From positions 256,001-320,000 of the forward strand of contig CAWHAA010000010.1 in the NCBI GenBank assembly GCA_963827275.1: a DNA stretch of 64,000 nt, given 5' to 3'. The position numbers and the translations under genes are program-made. The notes below the pieces were generated by a model. The model made no database searches. It was given only the letters and a program-made list of their open reading frames with translations, and had not been told where the DNA came from. This DNA comes from an uncultured Spirochaetota bacterium. GTDB lineage: Bacteria; Spirochaetota; UBA4802; UBA5550. Of the stretch, positions 58,283 to 64,000 are shown one piece after another (position 1 is the stretch's first letter; every line of letters starts with the position of its first letter).

Positions 58283-61200
58283 TCACTTAAACATATCCAG
58301 CTGCACGTCGCCGACCTGGTGCGTCTTCCCCTGCCGCCGTTTCCCTTTATCAAGCAGCCCTTCCTCCAAGCGGTCGATGAATCTGCTCCGCTCCAGGGTA
58401 AGGACGCGCCCCTTAACAGCGCGTTTTTTCGCATGGCTGAGGTAGAGGTTGTCCAGTGTCCTGGTCACCCCAACGTAAAAAAGGCGCTCCTCCTCTGCTG
58501 CCTGCTCGCCGTCCCTGGCGCCGAACAGCTCAAATGGAATGATCCCGTTTTCACATGCGGGGATAAACACGGTCCTGAACTGGAGCCCCTTGGAGGCGTG
58601 AATGGTCATCAGGGAGACCGCCTCGGCCCTGTCATCGAGGTCGTCGGCCCCCTGCCGCAGGGAGACCGCCCTGAAGAACTCATGGTATGCATTGCCGTAC
58701 CGCTCCGCGAAAGAGCCGATCCTGCGTATCGCGTCTTCCGGCGCATCGATGATGACCATCAGGAATTTGAGGACGTCCGATATGCGGTCCCCTTTTTTAA
58801 TCATGCCCCAGATATCGCTGGCGACTGCCAGCGATATCGACGCATCGGAGCCTGAATAAAACAACCTCTTCAGCGAGCGCACGGCGCTCCGGTAGGGCTC
58901 AAGGGAGAGCAGCGGCGCGCTGCCGACCACCTGGCAGGGGACGGCATGGTTTTTAAAAGCCTCGATGAGGGGATCGAACAAAAAGGCCGACCTGCACAAT
59001 ACGGCGAAATCAGAAAAGCTCGCCCCTTCGTCCTGCGCGTCGCCGTCGGCGATGCCGCTGTCCATCGAAAAGCTCCTGAGCCCGCCCATCAGCTTTTCTA
59101 TGGTGGCGGCGATCCAGTCAGCCTCGCTCAGGTCGCTCGCCGTCTCCTGTATGTGCAGCTTCATGTCGACGGCGCGGCCGGAAACCGCGCTCCTGCCTCC
59201 CAGGACCTGCGCGGCAGCGCGCATGACCGGGTCAGGGCAGCGGAAGCTCCGGTCAAGGCGGAGCACCCGCACGCCGGGATAGTCCTCCGTGATACGCGAC
59301 ATGAACCGCGCGTCCGACCCGCGGAACCCGTATATCGCCTGGTCCGGGTCGCCTATCAGGAAAAGATTGGGAGCGCCGCCGCCCGCGAGCGCCACTATAA
59401 AATCATACTGGGCCGCGTTGATGTCCTGGAACTCGTCGACGAGTATCCAGCGGTAGCGGTCCCGGTATTCCTGTAAAATTTCCGGACGCTCCCTGAAAAT
59501 CCGCAGCGGCAGCGCGATAAGGTCCGCAAGGTCGACGGCGTTGGCCTTCCGGAGCTCTTCGTTGTAGCGCTCCAGCGCCCGTTTCGTCTCAGCGTCAGCA
59601 GGCGCGCCATGCTTGGCCTTTTCTATTTCGCCGATGAGGCGTGATATTTTTTTTTCATCCTTTACGATGCCGGCCATGATCGCCGGGACGTCGTCCTCGT
59701 CGATGATGACGAAATCCTCCTTCCTGCCGACCGCACCGCAGTGCTTCCTGAGAATGCCGAGCCCGAATGCATGGAAGGTCGATATCGTCAGGCCCTCCGC
59801 GGGCATCATCGCTTCCACCCGCTCCCGCATCTCTCCGGCCGCGCGGTTCGAGAAGGTGACGGCGAGCAGCGACGCCGGCGGCACGCCCCTGTCCCTGACC
59901 AGGTGGAGGATCCTCCTGGTGAGGATCGCCGTCTTTCCCGTCCCCGGCCCCGCGATCACCATGCAGGGCCCTTCGCCGTGCTCAATGCCCGCGCGCTGGT
60001 CTCCCGTCAGCCCCTGCGCCGCTGACTTCCCGCCGGCGCCCCCCGGCAGATCGAAGAGCGCGCGCTGCGCTGACCGCGGCGGCCCCTCTTTCTCCAGCAG
60101 CCGTTTGAATTCCCCTATGTCGAACCGTATCGATGACGAGGCCGGTACCGGCGCCGGCGCGGCCGCGCCGAACAGGCCCGCGCCGGTGAAGGAGCGCGCC
60201 TCGCCCGGCCTGAAGACCTTCACCCGGCCGAACTCGCCGTCATACCCCTCCTCGATGTCGACCTCGCCCGCCCTGAGGCGCCGCACCGCTTCGGCGAGGA
60301 CCTCGCCCCCCGTCTCGAGGAGCTCCTCGCGGGGCGCCTCCAGAAGGATGTAGAATTCAGAACCGATCGCCGAAACGAGGCGGTGGTATTCCTTCATCAC
60401 CCTGCCCGACTTCCCGCTCTTCTGGTCCATCAGCTCGGCGAGCAGGTCCGGGAGCTGGGTGATCGATCGGTAGCTCGAGGGCGGCGTCCCGTCCGTCCCT
60501 TCCCGGTCGGCAAGCTCGGCCACGCGGTACATGACGCCCCTGGTGACCGGTTTGCCGCATCCGGGGCATATCCCGCGGTGGCGCATCGTTTCAAGCGGGT
60601 CCCACTTCACGCCGCACTTGCGGTGGCCGTCATAGTGGTACTTCCCCTCCTGGGGAAAAAACTCGATCGTACCGGTGAACCCCTCGCCGTCCCTCAGGGC
60701 GCGGTACATGCCCTCGTAGCCGGGCTCCGTGTCGAACAGGTTCGCCTCCCTCCCCAGCTTCTCGGGGGAATGGGCGTCTGAATTCGACACGAGCCTGAAC
60801 CTGTCGAGGAAGCCGCAGGCGCGGTTCATGGGAGGGTCGCTCGATAGCCCCGTCTCAAGGGCGAAGATGTGCCGGGTCAGGTCGTCGTAGCATTCCTCTA
60901 TCGTATCGAACCCGGACTTCGACCCGAGCACTGAAAACCACGGGGTCCATATATGGCAGGGGACAAGGAACGATTGCTCGGATGATTCCAGGACCATCTC
61001 GAGGAGGATCCTGGAATCAAGCCCGAGTATCGGCCTTCCGTCCGACCGTATGTTGCCCATCCGGTCGAGCCTCCCCTGCACCTTCTCGGCAGCGGCCATG
61101 TCGGGAAAGACGCACAGGTTGTGCACCTTGCGCACCCTGCCGTTTTTCTTGTATATGTTGCTGATCTCCCCGGTAAGCATGAAGTAGATTTCGCGGGGCT

Positions 61201-61447
61201 TGTTCTTTGCCGGCAGGCGCCGGCTCTCATCGAGCCGGTAGTGCTCCTTCAGGCGATAGAGGCCGTTGCCGGCGGGCTCCAGCTTTTCCTTTAATTCAGC
61301 GAGCCAGCCCGGATGCACGCAGTCGCCCGTGCCCACCACGTCGATTCCCTTGAGCCGGGCCCAGTACTCGAGGTGCTCCGGGACCAGGGTGCCGCTCGTG
61401 GCCACGGAAAAATGGGAGTGGATATGAAAATCGGCTATGTATTTCAC
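58283..61447 (-). CDS. PHP/endonuclease Q-like domain fused to UvrD/PcrA-type SF1 helicase
   Basis: ADFHIHSHFS, NSDAHS, GKYHYDGHRKC..CPGC; then AGPGTGKT, VTFS, DEFQD, GDPDQAIYGFRG, TIHASKGLQF, EERLFYVGVTR; GTG start with GGAGG RBS. Confidence 0.9.
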   Translation of the reverse strand: MKYIADFHIHSHFSVATSGTLVPEHLEYWARLKGIDVVGTGDCVHPGWLAELKEKLEPAGNGLYRLKEHYRLDESRRLPAKNKPREIYFMLTGEISNIYKKNGRVRKVHNLCVFPDMAAAEKVQGRLDRMGNIRSDGRPILGLDSRILLEMVLESSEQSFLVPCHIWTPWFSVLGSKSGFDTIEECYDDLTRHIFALETGLSSDPPMNRACGFLDRFRLVSNSDAHSPEKLGREANLFDTEPGYEGMYRALRDGEGFTGTIEFFPQEGKYHYDGHRKCGVKWDPLETMRHRGICPGCGKPVTRGVMYRVAELADREGTDGTPPSSYRSITQLPDLLAELMDQKSGKSGRVMKEYHRLVSAIGSEFYILLEAPREELLETGGEVLAEAVRRLRAGEVDIEEGYDGEFGRVKVFRPGEARSFTGAGLFGAAAPAPVPASSSIRFDIGEFKRLLEKEGPPRSAQRALFDLPGGAGGKSAAQGLTGDQRAGIEHGEGPCMVIAGPGTGKTAILTRRILHLVRDRGVPPASLLAVTFSNRAAGEMRERVEAMMPAEGLTISTFHAFGLGILRKHCGAVGRKEDFVIIDEDDVPAIMAGIVKDEKKISRLIGEIEKAKHGAPADAETKRALERYNEELRKANAVDLADLIALPLRIFRERPEILQEYRDRYRWILVDEFQDINAAQYDFIVALAGGGAPNLFLIGDPDQAIYGFRGSDARFMSRITEDYPGVRVLRLDRSFRCPDPVMRAAAQVLGGRSAVSGRAVDMKLHIQETASDLSEADWIAATIEKLMGGLRSFSMDSGIADGDAQDEGASFSDFAVLCRSAFLFDPLIEAFKNHAVPCQVVGSAPLLSLEPYRSAVRSLKRLFYSGSDASISLAVASDIWGMIKKGDRISDVLKFLMVIIDAPEDAIRRIGSFAERYGNAYHEFFRAVSLRQGADDLDDRAEAVSLMTIHASKGLQFRTVFIPACENGIIPFELFGARDGEQAAEEERLFYVGVTRTLDNLYLSHAKKRAVKGRVLTLERSRFIDRLEEGLLDKGKRRQGKTHQVGDVQLDMFK

Positions 61448-61608
61448 GAAAAGCCTCCCGGGAGGCATAGCGTGATCGATGGAGACGCCATTTGTCAAAT
61501 GCAATTATGCTTGAAATTCAGAAATTTATGCGGCTTGATTCAGGTTGGGCTTGAAAAAATCGGCATGCCGCTGTATGTTACAAATATGCGTTAATGCAGG
61601 AGGGTGCC

Positions 61609-62007
61609 ATGAATAGTAAACGATTCATTCTCGCGAGCATCGCGGTTTTTATCCTGATCCAGGCGATAGACTGGCTGGTCCATGGTGTAATCATGTCAGG
61701 CTGGTACGCGGAGATAGCCGGGCTGTGGCGCGCCGACATGATGGACCTCATGTGGGTTATGGTGCTGGGGTCGCTGTTTTTTTCTTTCATGTTTGTGCTT
61801 ATATTCATTAAGGGCTACGAAGGAAAGGGGATAATGGAAGGCATTCGATACGGGCTCTATGTCGGCCTCCTGATCATGGTCTCGGGCTCGCTGGGCCAGT
61901 ACGCGATGTACCCGATCCCCCTTGCAATGGCACTGACATGGTTGGCGTACGGCATCATAGAGATGATCATCGCCGGTGCGGCGGCCGCGGCGATCTACCG
62001 GAAATAA
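61609..62007 (+). CDS. Small four-TM membrane protein
   Basis: Four hydrophobic segments, EGIRYG motif; AGGAGG RBS. Confidence 0.75.
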   Translation: MNSKRFILASIAVFILIQAIDWLVHGVIMSGWYAEIAGLWRADMMDLMWVMVLGSLFFSFMFVLIFIKGYEGKGIMEGIRYGLYVGLLIMVSGSLGQYAMYPIPLAMALTWLAYGIIEMIIAGAAAAAIYRK

Positions 62008-62010
62008 TCT

Positions 62011-62046
62011 CCATGCAGGCGGGGTCACATGACCCCGCCTGCATGG
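62011..62046. repeat. Perfect 17-bp inverted repeat
   Basis: CCATGCAGGCGGGGTCA-CA-TGACCCCGCCTGCATGG right after the stop codon; no plus-strand U-tract. Confidence 0.75.
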
Positions 62047-62120
62047 GATAATAAAAAATATCTTTACAAAATACCCGCGCGGGATAATACCTCATTTCAT
62101 TCAGCAACGCGGAGCATGCC

Positions 62121-63167
62121 ATGAAAAAAGCAACCATCGTGGGGGCAACCGGGTTCGGCGGCCTCGGCCTTATCGAAATAATCCTCCGGCACCCCGGAAT
62201 GGAGATAAAACAGCTTGTCGCCCGCAAAGACGCCGGCAGGCCGGTCAGCGACGTGTACCCGCACCTGAAGGGGTTCTGCGACCTGCGGGTGGACACGCCC
62301 GAGGAGATCGACTACCACGGCATTGACATCGCGTTCTTCTCCACGCCGGACCGGGCCGGCATGACCCTCATCAATGAATTCTACCGGCGCGGCATCCCCG
62401 TCATCGACTTCAGCGGCGACTTCCGCTTCAGGAGCACCGATGACTACGGGGTCTACGCGAGGAACAAGGGGATGGAGGACACGCACCTCTCGCCGGAGCT
62501 CCTTCCCGGGACCGTGTACGGCCTTCCGGAAAAATACGCCGACCGGATCAGGAAGGCGAAGATAGTGGGAAACAGCGGCTGCTTCGCGATATGCATGACC
62601 CTGGGCCTGCTGCCCGCGGTCGAAGCGGGCATACTCGCGTCCGAGACGATCGTCTGCGACGGGAAAACCGGCGTCTCGGGCGCAGGGAAAAACTCGGGCG
62701 AGGCAAACCTGTATCCGCAGCGGCACGAGAACGTCAACACCTACCGGGAAGGGAAGCACCAGCACCTTGTCGAGGTGGAGAACATACTGAACGAGAGCGG
62801 CGGAAAGAAGGTCGCCATCCTGTTCGTGCCGCAGATCGTACCGCTGAACCGGGGTATCCTGGTCACCAGCTACATGGACGTAAAAAAAGGCCACGATACC
62901 GCCGCGCTCCTGAAGCTGTACAGGGACTATTACCGCGGGAAACCCTTCGTCGTGATCACCGACAAGTCTCCCAACACCGCCGAGGTCCGGGGCTCCAACC
63001 GCTGCCTGATACGGCCCATGGTGGACGATCGGACCGGCAAGCTCCTGGTCATATCCGCCATTGACAACCTTGTCAAGGGACAGGCGGGCAACGCGATACA
63101 GTGCGCGAACCTTATGCTCGGTTTCGAGGAGACCGCGGGCCTCAACACCCCGGCCTTCTACCCGTAA
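62121..63167 (+). CDS. argC: N-acetyl-gamma-glutamyl-phosphate reductase
   Basis: GATGFGG, DFSGDFR, VYGLPE, GC, GVSGAG, IDNLVKGQAG. Confidence 0.95.
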   Translation: MKKATIVGATGFGGLGLIEIILRHPGMEIKQLVARKDAGRPVSDVYPHLKGFCDLRVDTPEEIDYHGIDIAFFSTPDRAGMTLINEFYRRGIPVIDFSGDFRFRSTDDYGVYARNKGMEDTHLSPELLPGTVYGLPEKYADRIRKAKIVGNSGCFAICMTLGLLPAVEAGILASETIVCDGKTGVSGAGKNSGEANLYPQRHENVNTYREGKHQHLVEVENILNESGGKKVAILFVPQIVPLNRGILVTSYMDVKKGHDTAALLKLYRDYYRGKPFVVITDKSPNTAEVRGSNRCLIRPMVDDRTGKLLVISAIDNLVKGQAGNAIQCANLMLGFEETAGLNTPAFYP

Positions 63168-63276
63168 GGGACGCCGGGCGGGCGAACGGATAATAACACT
63201 TGACAAGCAGTATTAATATATAGAAAGTGAAAAACTCACCGCTGCCGGCAGCGGAAAATTTCATATCAGCACGGAA

Positions 63277-64000
63277 ATGTCGACAACCATAGAAAAGGGC
63301 ATAATAGCGTCACCGGGAATACGCATCGGCAAGGCATACGCGTACCACGGAGACGCCATAATCATCCCGAAATACCTCATCCGGGAGGACGAGGTGACCT
63401 ATGAGATCGCCCGGTTTGAACAAGCGAACGAAAAGACCAAGAACGACCTGAAGGCGATACAGGAGCAGATAGCCCGCAGCCTTTCGCACGATATGGCGGA
63501 CATCTTCACCAGCCATATCATGGTCCTCGAAGACCCGCAGATCGAGCAAAAGATACGGAACACCATCATCGAGAAGCGCAGGAACGCGGAGTGGGCCATC
63601 AACGACGTGTCACTCCAGCTGATGAACAGCTTTGCCTCCATCAAGGACGAATACCTCAGGGAACGGATCATCGACATATCCGATATCAACAAGCGGCTCA
63701 TCTCGAACCTCCAGAAAACCGAATCGACGTCACTGCAGGACATCACCGACGAGGTGATCGTGTTCGCCACCGACCTGACCCCGTCGGAAACGGCGCTGAT
63801 GAACAAGGAGCACATTCTCGCCTTCGTAACCGACCGGGGCGGCCGCACCTCGCACACCGCCATCATGGCGCGCGCGCTTGAAATACCGGCGATCGTCGGC
63901 ACGATGAACGCGACCTCCCTGGTCAAGACCGGCGACATGGTGATACTGGACGCCGTGCACGGCCGCATCATAATCGACCCGACCCCGGAAACCATCAACG
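63277..64000 (+). CDS. ptsI: Phosphoenolpyruvate-protein phosphotransferase (PTS enzyme I), 3'-truncated by the window
   Basis: Not in the ORF track. Read by hand: MSTTIEKGIIASPGIRIGKA..IFTSHIMVLEDP..DEYLRERIIDISDI..DLTPSETA..GGRTSHTAIMARALEIPA. Confidence 0.93.
   Translation, partial: MSTTIEKGIIASPGIRIGKAYAYHGDAIIIPKYLIREDEVTYEIARFEQANEKTKNDLKAIQEQIARSLSHDMADIFTSHIMVLEDPQIEQKIRNTIIEKRRNAEWAINDVSLQLMNSFASIKDEYLRERIIDISDINKRLISNLQKTESTSLQDITDEVIVFATDLTPSETALMNKEHILAFVTDRGGRTSHTAIMARALEIPAIVGTMNATSLVKTGDMVILDAVHGRIIIDPTPETIN

Noticed and set aside
63399..63998. 199-aa minus-strand ORF
   Set aside because: Antisense to the plus-strand ptsI frame, which carries clear enzyme I motifs.

Overview
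GC-rich bacterial chromosomal segment. It is most likely from a Spirochaetota/Leptospira-related anaerobe; this is inferred from the proA-nadD-LytR-rsfS order, the fliS-flgN-like pair and the membrane SpoIIE-TPR protein. About 55 CDSs are mostly housekeeping, envelope, signalling or metabolic: proA, nadD, rsfS, purC, fliS, prfB, rlmN, PBP1A, dacB, an Opp-type ABC transporter, argC, a partial PTS enzyme I, two ADP-forming acyl-CoA synthetase systems, two PAS hybrid kinases and an EndoQ/PHP-UvrD fusion. I saw no rRNA, tRNA, CRISPR or recognisable transposase. The most striking signal is in the first 8 kb. Four intergenic cassettes each carry a ~40-bp palindromic REP-like repeat on the left and its inverted copy on the right. 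One encloses an intact AT-rich DUF559 (Vsr-like) endonuclease gene and three enclose different deleted or mosaic remnants of it. This looks like a REP/REPIN-like mobile repeat system whose partner is a DUF559 nuclease rather than a RAYT transposase. Other points are several further short palindromic repeat types, a frameshifted SplB-like radical SAM gene, a GIY-YIG/methyltransferase fusion, a candidate structured RNA and a candidate TetR operator pair.
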